64,000 nt of DNA from a virus (IMGVR_UViG_3300034155_000027:67455-131454), one strand, 5' to 3'. Positions 47,155 through 57,202 are shown, counted from the first letter of the stretch. Made by a program: numbers and translations. Notes: generated by a model not told the origin, from the sequence alone.

Positions 47155-50100
47155 TTATTTTTTAGCATCTCTTTTAATTTTAGACATCAAAGCATGATAT
47201 ATCGGACTTCCAGGAACTGCTGACCTTAATCTTTCTTGATACTGTGTTGGAATTGGTGTTCCATCTGGTAATTTACTAGATGGTTTAGGACTAGGGGCTT
47301 TTCCTCTTTGTGGTTTGTCCAATTGATAATTATGAGATTTTAGTTCTTCTAAACTGTATCCACCAACTAAATCAGGAGCATGCTTAGGTATATATCCTGT
47401 TCCAGTTAATATATTTGCAAATGTTTTTTCACCAATAGCTGGTTCATACGCTGGATAAAACCCATCTTTTCTCATCCAGTCATTGAATTTAGCAACATTT
47501 TCACCTTTAATCTCTCCATGCTCAGTGAAAATTGGAACCATTTTTTCTATAGTACCAGCTGGTATAAATGCTTTTGGAAACTTTTTATTTATTTCAGCTT
47601 CAATTTCTTTAGGATCCATACCCTTAATAGCCATTCCTTTAATCATTCTTCGAATGGTATCTCCACTGTCTGTTCTAGTTCTAGCATCCAATTCCCCACC
47701 ATGAATTTGTTTCCATTCAAGTGGTGTATCTACAGTTTTAGTCCTAAATAATTGTGTTCCCTCTACATATTTCCTAACATATTCTTGAGGATCACTAAAT
47801 AATGTTTTTAATCCTCCAAAATCTGCTAATGGATTTCCACCCTCAACTCCATAAAGCATATTTGCTGTACTTCCCTGAGATCCAAATAATTTCTGATATG
47901 GTTTTACATAACCTTGGCTTTCCATATCTTCATCAATTTGTTTTCTAATAGAAGGATCTTTTGTTGAAACACCACCTTTAGGAGTTCTTTCTCCATACAT
48001 TTCTTTTGCTAAAGTAAATGCATTTACATAACCTTCAGGATCTTTCCAAACTGGTATTAATTTTTCTGGATAAGAATGAATAAATCCAGATTTGCCTTTA
48101 CTTCCAGGAGTCATTTTTGCCAATCCTTGAAGCTGTTCATCAAAATCAGTAGCTAACATTATATCTACATTTCTATACATTGGAGGCAATGCATTTTCAA
48201 CTAAGATATTATTAATTGTCTGACGAGATAAACTATTCAAATAATCTCTGCGTAATTTTTTCGCATCAGCTAAATTTTGTGGACCAATTACTGTTTCTCT
48301 AGCTAAATGTAAATCTTTAACCGGAGGAAGAATTTCACTCATTTTTAATGATAAAGCTTCTTTAGCTACCACAATATCATTATTCATACGCTTCTCAATA
48401 CTTAAAGCTTCATTTCTAAAACGCTGTGCAGGAATTGGTTTACCATCTCGTTCAGCAGCATCTGCCTTAGCTAATTTATCATTTTTTTCAACTTCAAGTT
48501 TGTTTCTATATCCTGCAATTTCATCTTCCATTTTTGGAGCTAACCACTGAGGAATAAATTCTTGTAAATATTTAGAAACCGCTTCAGACGTTTCATCTGC
48601 TTCAAACATAGAAGTAACTTTTTCTAATATTTCTCTAGGAAGCTTGCCAACGCTTGTAGGCATTGGTCTTCCATCATATTTATAACGATTGAATTTAACA
48701 TCAGCGCTTTCTTTGGCTTTTTCAAACCCTTTACGAATGCTTTCTTCTAATTTTTTAATTTTATCAGGCGTTAAATTTACGCCTGTTTCTTCTGTATATT
48801 TATCCCAATTTAACCCAATTTCACTTTTTGCTTTAGCTGTTTCTTCTCTTTCAGTAGATTTAATAGCCGGTCCAAGTCTTCCAGGAATTGTTGGTGGTTT
48901 ATCATTTAATCTTAATTGTGATTCGGGAGTAGGTGTTACTACTGTTATTGGACTTGATGTTTTTGCTTTAAGATCTTTAGCTACATCAAGCCAGTTTTTA
49001 CCATTAGCATTTTTTTCACCAGGACCAATAAATCCTACTTGATTCATTTTTTCATTCATTGTTGCAATATAATTATCTATGGCCTCTTGTTTTTGGCCAG
49101 CTTTTTGCATTGCAATCCATTTATTTCTTAATACCTCATCAGATTTTACATCTTGTAATACTTGTTGATATGTTTTCCACCATTCTTCAAGATCTGCTTC
49201 TGGTGTAACCGAACCAGAACTTTCAACAGGTTCATCTTCTTCTTCAAAATTAAAATCAGGAACCGTTACGTTTTGTTCTTTTATCGCAGGTTGAAGTGCA
49301 AGATTTCCTTCAAACTCACCTTCTGGAACATCCATATTAATTTCAATAGGTTTTACCTCAGGTGTTTCTAAATCAATTCTAGGACCATCTTCTAATTCAA
49401 ATTCATGAACTCCAGCTAAACTTAATAAATTTTGAAGTCTGGAAAAACTAGAGTTTCCTTGTGGTAAAAATCCAGTTGCTAATTTAGTAATAGCTCTATT
49501 ACTTACACCAAGCTCTGCCATTACCTTTATATGATCTGAAATTAAAGAATTCCACCCTAAACTTTTTAAATGTGGAAATAAACTTTCAGCTATTTTAACT
49601 TCTCCACTCTCATCAAAAGATAGTTTTTCTATTTTACTAATATTTTCTTTAGATAAAATAAGTTTAATTTGTTCATCCGTAATACCATCTTCTTTAGCTT
49701 TTTCAACTGCTGATTTTAATAAATGAGGAGCTATTTCCTGAATGATATTAATAGCTAATGAAACTAAGTTTATTTTTTCAGAAGCAGAAAGTACTGTATC
49801 ACTATGTGGTTTTGCCCTATTTACATCAATAGAAATTCTTTCCTGTGATTTTTGTTCTGGTTCACTATCAAGAAACTCTCTTTCTAACAATTCTAAATAA
49901 TGAGCAGACAAACCACTACCCTCTAAAGCATCAATAACATCTGCTAACAAACTAAACCAAGTAGCTTCTTTTAAAGACCTAAGCAAAACTCTTGCTTTAT
50001 TATATTCTACTCTATTTTCAGGTTCAGTTAAAACCCTAGATTCACCATCATTAACACTTAGATTTGTTGTGTTTGGTATAGTGTTATAATCACTTTGTGA

Positions 50101-51057
50101 AAGAGAAACAGGAGCTTCAGTATCTTTTTCATACCATCTAGCTTCATCAGCTGAGTTTACATCGCCTAGAATATATCCAATTTCTGTAGTTGATAAACCA
50201 TCTGCTCCAGCTAAATCAATTGCTTTTTCTATAAAATTAGGAGCTAAATCTCTAACGTCTTTTAGCGCTTTTTCAATAACATTTTTATTAGCGGTTTTTA
50301 CCAAAGAATTAGATTTATTATCTGCGCTTCTGTTTAAAATAGAATCTCTTGTTTCAAATAAAGAAGTATTGCGATTTTGAAGATCTCCCAATTGTCTTGT
50401 TTGATTTTCTACACATCCTCCAGGAACTTGATTTCCTTTTTGTGTTGTATACCCGTTTTTAAAATCATAAACTATACCAGTCATAATATCTTGATATACC
50501 CCATCGGATATTCTGGTCATCTGCCCACCTGGACGATCCGGTGGATATCTAGTTTGTAATGGTGCTTCTAACGGAGCATATCTCTTAACCTGTTGCTCTA
50601 CCGCTTTAGCTTGCTGTTTTGCATTATTCATATCAGAATGAACTTTTCTAGGTTCATCATATGCTTCTTCTCTACGAGCTCTGCTTTTTTCCTCTCTTAA
50701 TTTAGTAATCTCATCTTCGGTTGCTCTTTTTGCTTGAGCTACTGCATTTTTAGGTGCAGCAATAGATAATAGTAATTCATCTAATACAGACGCTTGCCTC
50801 TGTAATAAAGGGTTTTTGCTTTTATCAAATGATTCCGCTACAGCTGCAATTTCATCTAATTGTTGTGGAGTAATATCAAATGAAGCTCTAGAATCCAGAT
50901 CATCAGCCACTCCATCTAATAAAGTTGAAGCTGCAGCAATTGCCATTGCTACTTTTTCAAATATTTCAGGACCTTTAGAAGAAGCATCTACAAGAAGAGC
51001 ATCACTACTATTCTCTATTTTTTTTGCTAATACTCTCAAATCTGTTGAAATTACCAT
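47155..51057 (-). CDS. 1300-aa hypothetical protein, probable internal virion protein
   Basis: GGAG RBS; internal duplicated helical unit (DLAPNFIEKAIDLAGADGLS / EIAPHLLKSAVEKAKEDGIT); K-x-A motifs. Confidence 0.75.
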   Translation of the reverse strand: MVISTDLRVLAKKIENSSDALLVDASSKGPEIFEKVAMAIAAASTLLDGVADDLDSRASFDITPQQLDEIAAVAESFDKSKNPLLQRQASVLDELLLSIAAPKNAVAQAKRATEDEITKLREEKSRARREEAYDEPRKVHSDMNNAKQQAKAVEQQVKRYAPLEAPLQTRYPPDRPGGQMTRISDGVYQDIMTGIVYDFKNGYTTQKGNQVPGGCVENQTRQLGDLQNRNTSLFETRDSILNRSADNKSNSLVKTANKNVIEKALKDVRDLAPNFIEKAIDLAGADGLSTTEIGYILGDVNSADEARWYEKDTEAPVSLSQSDYNTIPNTTNLSVNDGESRVLTEPENRVEYNKARVLLRSLKEATWFSLLADVIDALEGSGLSAHYLELLEREFLDSEPEQKSQERISIDVNRAKPHSDTVLSASEKINLVSLAINIIQEIAPHLLKSAVEKAKEDGITDEQIKLILSKENISKIEKLSFDESGEVKIAESLFPHLKSLGWNSLISDHIKVMAELGVSNRAITKLATGFLPQGNSSFSRLQNLLSLAGVHEFELEDGPRIDLETPEVKPIEINMDVPEGEFEGNLALQPAIKEQNVTVPDFNFEEEDEPVESSGSVTPEADLEEWWKTYQQVLQDVKSDEVLRNKWIAMQKAGQKQEAIDNYIATMNEKMNQVGFIGPGEKNANGKNWLDVAKDLKAKTSSPITVVTPTPESQLRLNDKPPTIPGRLGPAIKSTEREETAKAKSEIGLNWDKYTEETGVNLTPDKIKKLEESIRKGFEKAKESADVKFNRYKYDGRPMPTSVGKLPREILEKVTSMFEADETSEAVSKYLQEFIPQWLAPKMEDEIAGYRNKLEVEKNDKLAKADAAERDGKPIPAQRFRNEALSIEKRMNNDIVVAKEALSLKMSEILPPVKDLHLARETVIGPQNLADAKKLRRDYLNSLSRQTINNILVENALPPMYRNVDIMLATDFDEQLQGLAKMTPGSKGKSGFIHSYPEKLIPVWKDPEGYVNAFTLAKEMYGERTPKGGVSTKDPSIRKQIDEDMESQGYVKPYQKLFGSQGSTANMLYGVEGGNPLADFGGLKTLFSDPQEYVRKYVEGTQLFRTKTVDTPLEWKQIHGGELDARTRTDSGDTIRRMIKGMAIKGMDPKEIEAEINKKFPKAFIPAGTIEKMVPIFTEHGEIKGENVAKFNDWMRKDGFYPAYEPAIGEKTFANILTGTGYIPKHAPDLVGGYSLEELKSHNYQLDKPQRGKAPSPKPSSKLPDGTPIPTQYQERLRSAVPGSPIYHALMSKIKRDAKK

Positions 51058-51062
51058 GTTAG

Positions 51063-52598
51063 TTATGCTCCTTCAGGAAAAAATATTTTATTAGTCACAA
51101 ACTGTGGTGTGTCATATATTTTTTTACTAGCTAATTTTTGCATACTTTCTTTTTCTTCACCAGGATTTTGTCCAGGCTCATATATATTAATCATCATATG
51201 AGCTATTGCCACTTTCTGTGCTACAGGATCAATCTCCCCTAATACATTAATAGCTTCTTCCGCTCTAATATAATTTCCTTCCGCCACAGATTCTTTAACA
51301 ATATCAAGAAGCTCTGTTGGTTTTAAATCATAACAAGGAGAAGCAGCAGCTAATGCTCTTTTATTTCCTCCATTATTACTTTTAACAACTTCAGAAATAG
51401 CAACCTTATTAAATGGTAATACCGCATTATCTGCAAACACAACTTTAGGAGGCATAACCATTGTTCCAGAGATTTCTACCGGAACCTTAAAACCAGCACT
51501 GGTTCCAACCGCTACTGCATAAAAGATTTTATTTTGTTCAACTTCAACAACTTTTGTTTGTATTCCGCTAAAACCCATTTCTGCAAATTTTCTAATTAAT
51601 AACGACCTTCCAGCCTCTACTATTCTATCACTATGTACAAATCTAGCAATCCCATCTGGTTTGCTAAGTGTTTCAGCAAATGTACTTTCCTCTGTAGCTG
51701 CTAACTTGGGTAATTGTACATCTTGTTTAATATTATCAAGTTCTGTATATAAAATATCATTAGTATTTATATAAGTTGAAGCAATTCCTTTTTCAGAAGC
51801 AATTTTAATTGCTGCCATTTCAACATCATTAGGTAATGAATTATCAGAACCATTTTTAACTTGTTCTAATACAGATAATAATTTAGACCCATCTACTCTA
51901 AATGATTTTCCAGCTACACTAAGAGCATGTTCAATATATGCTGATTTTTCAATATCTTTAAACCCATCACGACTAAGGAACAATGTTGGTAATAATGCTT
52001 TGCCTTCTTTTATTTCTACTGGGATTAATACATTTGCAATACCTTTTGGAGTATTGTGACACGCTTGACAAATAATAAACTCATTTCTACCAGCAAATGT
52101 TTCAATTTTATCAGCATCAATTCCAACAGATAATAACTGAGCGCTTACGGCTCGTTGAGCTTTCTTAGCTGTATCATTTGAATATAATCTTTCAACAGGA
52201 TCTTTTTCCATTGCCGCAGATAAAGCATTAGCTAAAACAGGATCTGAAAATTTATTATAATCCATTTCTAAACTACATGAATCATTAGCAGATCTTGAAA
52301 AAAGATGTGGTTGATGTTGAGCTTGTTTGCCAATCTCATCGGAAAAAACATCAGTAAGTTTAGAATGAGTTGCTGTAAATTTATTTAAAATATTACGCAA
52401 TTCATCTTTACTAATGAATGTTTGATTTGAGGCCATTTTTGTAAGAATTTGAGAAGCATTAATTAATGGAACATCATTTGGATGATGAGCGGCTTCTCTT
52501 CTGGCTTTGGCGGCAATAACTGGAAGAGCTAATTTTTCATTGTCTTCAACAGTTTTAGCAGCTTTAGTAATTAAAGATGTTAATTGTGAAATATCCAT
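51063..52598 (-). CDS. Hypothetical head-module protein with internal duplication
   Basis: VLIPVEIKEGKALLP and FKVPVEISGTMVMPP repeats; TKMAS, IKIAS, QKLAS. Confidence 0.75.
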   Translation of the reverse strand: MDISQLTSLITKAAKTVEDNEKLALPVIAAKARREAAHHPNDVPLINASQILTKMASNQTFISKDELRNILNKFTATHSKLTDVFSDEIGKQAQHQPHLFSRSANDSCSLEMDYNKFSDPVLANALSAAMEKDPVERLYSNDTAKKAQRAVSAQLLSVGIDADKIETFAGRNEFIICQACHNTPKGIANVLIPVEIKEGKALLPTLFLSRDGFKDIEKSAYIEHALSVAGKSFRVDGSKLLSVLEQVKNGSDNSLPNDVEMAAIKIASEKGIASTYINTNDILYTELDNIKQDVQLPKLAATEESTFAETLSKPDGIARFVHSDRIVEAGRSLLIRKFAEMGFSGIQTKVVEVEQNKIFYAVAVGTSAGFKVPVEISGTMVMPPKVVFADNAVLPFNKVAISEVVKSNNGGNKRALAAASPCYDLKPTELLDIVKESVAEGNYIRAEEAINVLGEIDPVAQKVAIAHMMINIYEPGQNPGEEKESMQKLASKKIYDTPQFVTNKIFFPEGA

Positions 52599-52612
52599 AA
52601 TAATGTGTCCTT

Positions 52613-53305
52613 TTATTGTCCCTGTACTTGAAGAAGATTTATAAGTTTTTGTATATCTTGCGCCTGATATTGTTCTTTTAACTTGCTCGCAATACCCTCT
52701 ACATTTTCTGGAGGCTTTATAGATTCAAATGTATTAGGGATTGTTGTTCCGTCTGGTGGAATTAAACCACTATTGGGGTTTAATCCATCAGTATCATTAT
52801 TACTATCATCTGTATTAATACAAGCTACTTTGGTAAGTTCTGGAAATCGTTTAGCTATTAGTTTTCTTCCTTGAACAGGAATTTTACTTAAAATATCTTT
52901 TTGAAGATCTTGATCAGATGCTAGTTTTTTAGGAAGCCAACGACGTACAACAGAAAATTCCTCAGCAGGAATACCTATATCTTTTTCAGAAAGAACAGTT
53001 AACGGTTCTCCTTTATAGAATATGTGCATTGCTTTTTTATCTGGCAGAACTTCCCAATCTGATTTTTCACCATCGGAAACCATTAAACTACCATTATCAC
53101 CATATAAAGCAACAATAACAGGACCATCCGGTGTATCATGGATTTTCCATAATTGGTCTGTATCCTGATTATCTCGGAAGCGGACCATATCATATGCTAC
53201 CTTTTCTATTCGATCTGGTGCAATATCTGATAATTTATATGATATTTCTTTAGGGGCAATTGTTTGCACCAAATTGTCAAAGTTAACAGAATACTTATCC
53301 TTCAT
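52613..53305 (-). CDS. Hypothetical protein, first gene of the structural block
   Basis: GGAG RBS before MKDK; IEKVAY, LTKVAC. Confidence 0.7.
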   Translation of the reverse strand: MKDKYSVNFDNLVQTIAPKEISYKLSDIAPDRIEKVAYDMVRFRDNQDTDQLWKIHDTPDGPVIVALYGDNGSLMVSDGEKSDWEVLPDKKAMHIFYKGEPLTVLSEKDIGIPAEEFSVVRRWLPKKLASDQDLQKDILSKIPVQGRKLIAKRFPELTKVACINTDDSNNDTDGLNPNSGLIPPDGTTIPNTFESIKPPENVEGIASKLKEQYQAQDIQKLINLLQVQGQ

Positions 53306-53484
53306 ATTGGGTCTCCGCAAGTTAATTAGCTAATATAGAACTGCGCTAAAATCATTCCAAAATAATACTAGATATCTTAGATTATTAATATTTTCCAGTT
53401 TTTACCACAAAAAAAAGAAAGCCAAAAAACTTTTAGCCTTCCTTTAATATTTAAAAAGATTTTTTTTTTTGGTAAAATATATAA

Positions 53485-53961
53485 TTAATCGTATTTAGAA
53501 TGTATTTCTGATATTTGTTTCATAATTTTATTAATTTCTGGTATGTTTTTGGCTAATTTTCTTAACTTTAATTGTGAACCACCATATTTTACTAATTTTT
53601 TTGTACTCTTTTTAGTATTTTTATTATCATCTAAGTTTCTTTTATAATCACAATTACCATGAACTGATTTAGTAATAGAGCTTTGATTAACACCTAGTTG
53701 TTTAGCAATTTCTATTTGAGTATATCCTTTAGCTAACAATCTAATAACTTGTGCTTGCCTTTCAGTTAATTCACTATCAACTAATTTCCAAAACTCAACA
53801 GTTAATTGTTCTCTAAGATTTAATAGTTCTTCATGGTCCTCTGAAGAATATTTTTCTACTAACCCTTGAGATTCTGAAAATTCTGCCATCATCTCATTAG
53901 AATACATTTGTTCAGCAAATAAATGTTGGTATCCATTTGATCGGTTTGATTTTCTATCCAT
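53485..53961 (-). CDS. Sigma70 region-4 / LuxR-type HTH transcription factor
   Basis: LTERQAQVIRLLAKGYTQIEIAKQLGVNQSSITK; no obvious sigma region 2. Confidence 0.75.
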   Translation of the reverse strand: MDRKSNRSNGYQHLFAEQMYSNEMMAEFSESQGLVEKYSSEDHEELLNLREQLTVEFWKLVDSELTERQAQVIRLLAKGYTQIEIAKQLGVNQSSITKSVHGNCDYKRNLDDNKNTKKSTKKLVKYGGSQLKLRKLAKNIPEINKIMKQISEIHSKYD

Positions 53962-53962
53962 T

Positions 53963-54766
53963 TTAGCTCCCGAAACTTTGTATTTTATTAATTATTATTT
54001 GAATAAATTCTGGATCTTTACAACCACGAAAGAATTCTTCAATATCTTTAAAGTTTTTAGGAGGATTAACAACCTTTATATTTGCAACCTCCTTAAATCT
54101 TTTCTTAACCCTTACCTTTGCCTTTTGTCCCGCTTCATCATTATCAAACATTAATACTATATTATTTGTATACCTATGAAGTTTGAATAATTGATACTTG
54201 GACATGTTCGCCCACCCAAAAGCTATTGCATTATCTATTCCATGATTATGTAAAGCAATACAATCAAACTGGCCCTCTACACCTATTACAAAATCTTTTT
54301 CAATTATAGACGCTTTAGCCTTATTCAATCCATAAACATATAACTCCTTAGAACATCCATTACTATATTTATATTTTTGTAATAAATTTTCTACTCTCTC
54401 CTCTTCAGGTAATAAACATCTTCCCAATAATGCTATTACATCCTCATGCTCATCCTTAAATGGTAAAATTAAATTATGATCTGAAAAATGACCATGTGGT
54501 GATGATCCCCCGGCTAAAAATTTAGGATAATATAAATTAAATTCTTCTAAATCATTTTTAGATACAATATCTGTTAATTCTTTTAAATTAGAATCATTTG
54601 GGAAATATCCAAATTGCCAAGTAGTCTGATCATCAATATCTAATCTAGAATTTAAATATTCTCTAGTAATCTTGGCATTTTTAGAATTACGTAATAAATG
54701 TTGACAAGCTTTTATTATATTTTTTAAATTCTTTTGTTTTCTTTTATGATCAGTAAGAATACTCAT
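53963..54766 (-). CDS. dnaG: DNA primase catalytic core (TOPRIM), lacking an N-terminal Zn-binding domain
   Basis: EYLNSR, FGYFP, LILPF, GR, KY, VYGL, VEGQFD, FDNDEAGQKA, KD. Confidence 0.88.
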   Translation of the reverse strand: MSILTDHKRKQKNLKNIIKACQHLLRNSKNAKITREYLNSRLDIDDQTTWQFGYFPNDSNLKELTDIVSKNDLEEFNLYYPKFLAGGSSPHGHFSDHNLILPFKDEHEDVIALLGRCLLPEEERVENLLQKYKYSNGCSKELYVYGLNKAKASIIEKDFVIGVEGQFDCIALHNHGIDNAIAFGWANMSKYQLFKLHRYTNNIVLMFDNDEAGQKAKVRVKKRFKEVANIKVVNPPKNFKDIEEFFRGCKDPEFIQIIINKIQSFGS

Positions 54767-54772
54767 TAAAAT

Positions 54773-55126
54773 TTAACTTTCCGAATTCTTTTTTGCTCGA
54801 AGGTTTACTAAAATAGATTGTGCAAATGGTTTATTAAGATGATCTAATTCTGTTTTACAAAAAGAACATAATAGCTTATTTTCATCTTTACTTAAAGAAG
54901 GAGGTGCTTCTTTAGAACATTTTGGACATTTTACCGACCATGCTAATTTTTTCTGTACATCTTGTTTAATTTGCCCTTCAGCAACTAATTGTCGACGCAT
55001 AAACATTGTAATAGTTGTTATTGGTTGATCACACTCTGTACAATAAGCTATTAACGTTTTTTTATCAACTACTGGCCTAACTTCTTTTCTACATCCCTTA
55101 TTATCACAAAAAGTTCTATAATCCAT
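54773..55126 (-). CDS. Double zinc-ribbon protein
   Basis: CDNKGC...CTEC and CPKC...CSFC. Confidence 0.75.
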   Translation of the reverse strand: MDYRTFCDNKGCRKEVRPVVDKKTLIAYCTECDQPITTITMFMRRQLVAEGQIKQDVQKKLAWSVKCPKCSKEAPPSLSKDENKLLCSFCKTELDHLNKPFAQSILVNLRAKKNSES

Positions 55127-55128
55127 TT

Positions 55129-56154
55129 TTATTCCTTGATTTCTTCTTGGTTTTTATCAGAAGAAATATTATTATTTTCTAACACCTCTATTAACCGAGA
55201 TACATCTTCTGGATAATTAACATTAATTAAAAATACATGAGATCCTCTATCAGGTATTCCAAAACCACTAACTTTAATATTGTCTCCGTTTTTTATTTTA
55301 GGAGGAATTGTTAATGTCTTTTCTCCTTTAATGGTTCTAATTGTTCTCTTGGTTCCTTTTAATGATTCTAATAATGATATCTCTATCTTAGATATAACAT
55401 CTACTCCAGACAAATTCATATCTGGATCTTTTAAAACCATAATAACAATAATTAACTTATCATATGTTCCACTAGAATTGTAATTACCAAAATTATTTAA
55501 AATTAATCTTGATCCTGATAATGACCCAGGTGGAATATTAAAATTAATATGTTCAGTTACTCTTTTAACACCAGCACCATTACACTCAACACAATTTTCT
55601 ATAGTTGGTACATAACCTAAACCTTTACAATTTAAACAAGTAACTTTTCCAGAAGTATCTGTTTGAATAAATTGTTTACCATTACACTTAGTACATGTAA
55701 TTGTTTTCTTTTTTGTTCCATTACACGCTTTACATATTTTGCTTCTTTCATATTTTATATCGTGTTTACCACCTAAAACAGAAAGATCAAAAGGAATTGT
55801 TATACTTACTTCTATTGGTACATGAAACCTAGTATTAAAAGGAACACTAAATTGTTCTCTAAACGAATCATGCATTTTTTGATTCATTCCCGAAAAATCA
55901 GAAAAATCAACAGTTTTATAATTTTGATAAAATGGAATATTAAAAGGATTTCCAACAAACTTTTGAGGTACAGTACCCTGTTGTTCCAATAACTGAGATG
56001 CCTCATTTGCTTTTTTAAACTTGGCTTCTGCATCTATATCTTTGTTTCTATCAGGATGAAACTCAACGGCCTTTTGTCTAAAAGCTTTTTTCACATCTTC
56101 ATTAGACGCCCCAGATTTAAGCCCTAATATATTTAATGCTTCTTGAATGTCCAT
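55129..56154 (-). CDS. dnaJ: DnaJ chaperone (J-domain, Zn finger, C-terminal domain)
   Basis: FHPDRN; CKACNG, CTKCNG, CLNCKG, CVECNG. Confidence 0.92.
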   Translation of the reverse strand: MDIQEALNILGLKSGASNEDVKKAFRQKAVEFHPDRNKDIDAEAKFKKANEASQLLEQQGTVPQKFVGNPFNIPFYQNYKTVDFSDFSGMNQKMHDSFREQFSVPFNTRFHVPIEVSITIPFDLSVLGGKHDIKYERSKICKACNGTKKKTITCTKCNGKQFIQTDTSGKVTCLNCKGLGYVPTIENCVECNGAGVKRVTEHINFNIPPGSLSGSRLILNNFGNYNSSGTYDKLIIVIMVLKDPDMNLSGVDVISKIEISLLESLKGTKRTIRTIKGEKTLTIPPKIKNGDNIKVSGFGIPDRGSHVFLINVNYPEDVSRLIEVLENNNISSDKNQEEIKE

Positions 56155-56208
56155 ATTTATTTTATAATACGCTTTCTTTAAAATTATAGATACTTTTAGT
56201 TTTTTAAC

Positions 56209-56529
56209 TTAAATAGATTTTAATAAAGATAAAATTATCCAACATATCATAACTATAAGTATTAATATTCTATAAAAATACTGATTAACCTCTGCGTCTT
56301 TCACTTTGTTTATATCTAAAGGCTTTACAACAAACCTTTTAGATACCGTTCCACATTTAGTCAATAATTGAGATGCCTCATTTACTTTTTTAAATTTGGA
56401 CCCTGCATCTATAGCTTTATTTCTATCCGGATGAAATTGAATAGCTTTTTGTCTAAAAGCTTTTTTCACATCTTTATTAGACGCTCCAGATTTAAGTCCT
56501 AATATATTCAACGCTTCTTGAATGTCCAT
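56209..56529 (-). CDS. J-domain protein with C-terminal transmembrane anchor (duplicate of the dnaJ 5' end)
   Basis: First ~55 aa near-identical to DnaJ including HPD; ends ILILIVMICWIILSLL. Confidence 0.85.
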   Translation of the reverse strand: MDIQEALNILGLKSGASNKDVKKAFRQKAIQFHPDRNKAIDAGSKFKKVNEASQLLTKCGTVSKRFVVKPLDINKVKDAEVNQYFYRILILIVMICWIILSLLKSI

Positions 56530-56531
56530 GT

Positions 56532-57128
56532 TTATTTTTTAGAACGCTCTTTTTTTGAAACTCTCGATACTTTTGGTTTTTTAATTTTAATAGGTATAGA
56601 TTTTACTTTAACAAAAGTTAAAGCAACAGCAATAGCATCCGCCATATCATAACTACAATCTGAAATTACCGGTTCTTTTTTTCTATTCTTTCTATAAATA
56701 TATGGAAAATTAATTCCAAGATGTTTAGCTACTAATTCGGGCATGTCTTCCTTTGGTGGTATTTTCTTTGTTAATTTTAAGGCATGCCTTATTTTTAATA
56801 CATTTAAAGCAACAGGTTGAATATTAAATTCATCTAATATCGCTAAACGTAATGTCATATTTAAAATAGCAAGAGGAATTGTTGTACTAGCTGAACTTGC
56901 CCCTTTCATAAATCTAATATAATCTTCAATAGCAAATTCATCTATTTTATATTTATGAGCAACTTCTAAAATATATGCTCTAGTAGTAATAAGCATATTT
57001 AATATACCATTATCTTTATTTGGTTTATAATATTCGCAATGAACCAAACTTGGAACATAACCATCAGTATAATCCAAAATAGCAACTCCGACCGTTGTTG
57101 TACTAGCGTCCAAACTTAAAATACGCAT
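56532..57128 (-). CDS. RuvC-like Holliday junction resolvase
   Basis: ILSLDASTTTVG, FAIED, DMADAIAVA. Confidence 0.85.
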   Translation of the reverse strand: MRILSLDASTTTVGVAILDYTDGYVPSLVHCEYYKPNKDNGILNMLITTRAYILEVAHKYKIDEFAIEDYIRFMKGASSASTTIPLAILNMTLRLAILDEFNIQPVALNVLKIRHALKLTKKIPPKEDMPELVAKHLGINFPYIYRKNRKKEPVISDCSYDMADAIAVALTFVKVKSIPIKIKKPKVSRVSKKERSKK

Positions 57129-57159
57129 AATACTTATTCATATATCACCTTGTTTACAA

Positions 57160-57202
57160 AAAACAAAAGGTGAGCTCCCTAGACATAGGAACTCACCTTT
57201 TT
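57160..57202 (-). terminator. Intrinsic terminator after the SSB-like gene
   Basis: AAAAGGTGAG...CTCACCTTTT hairpin with T-rich tail. Confidence 0.8.

Larger units (their letters stand above)
603..57148 (-). promoter_or_regulatory. Recurrent upstream motif GTGATATAT (candidate promoter element)
   Basis: Plus-strand ATATATCAC near 603, 952, 11390, 23904, 36798 and 57140, each ~8-30 nt upstream of a minus-strand start; variants near 8229 and 32330. Confidence 0.55.
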
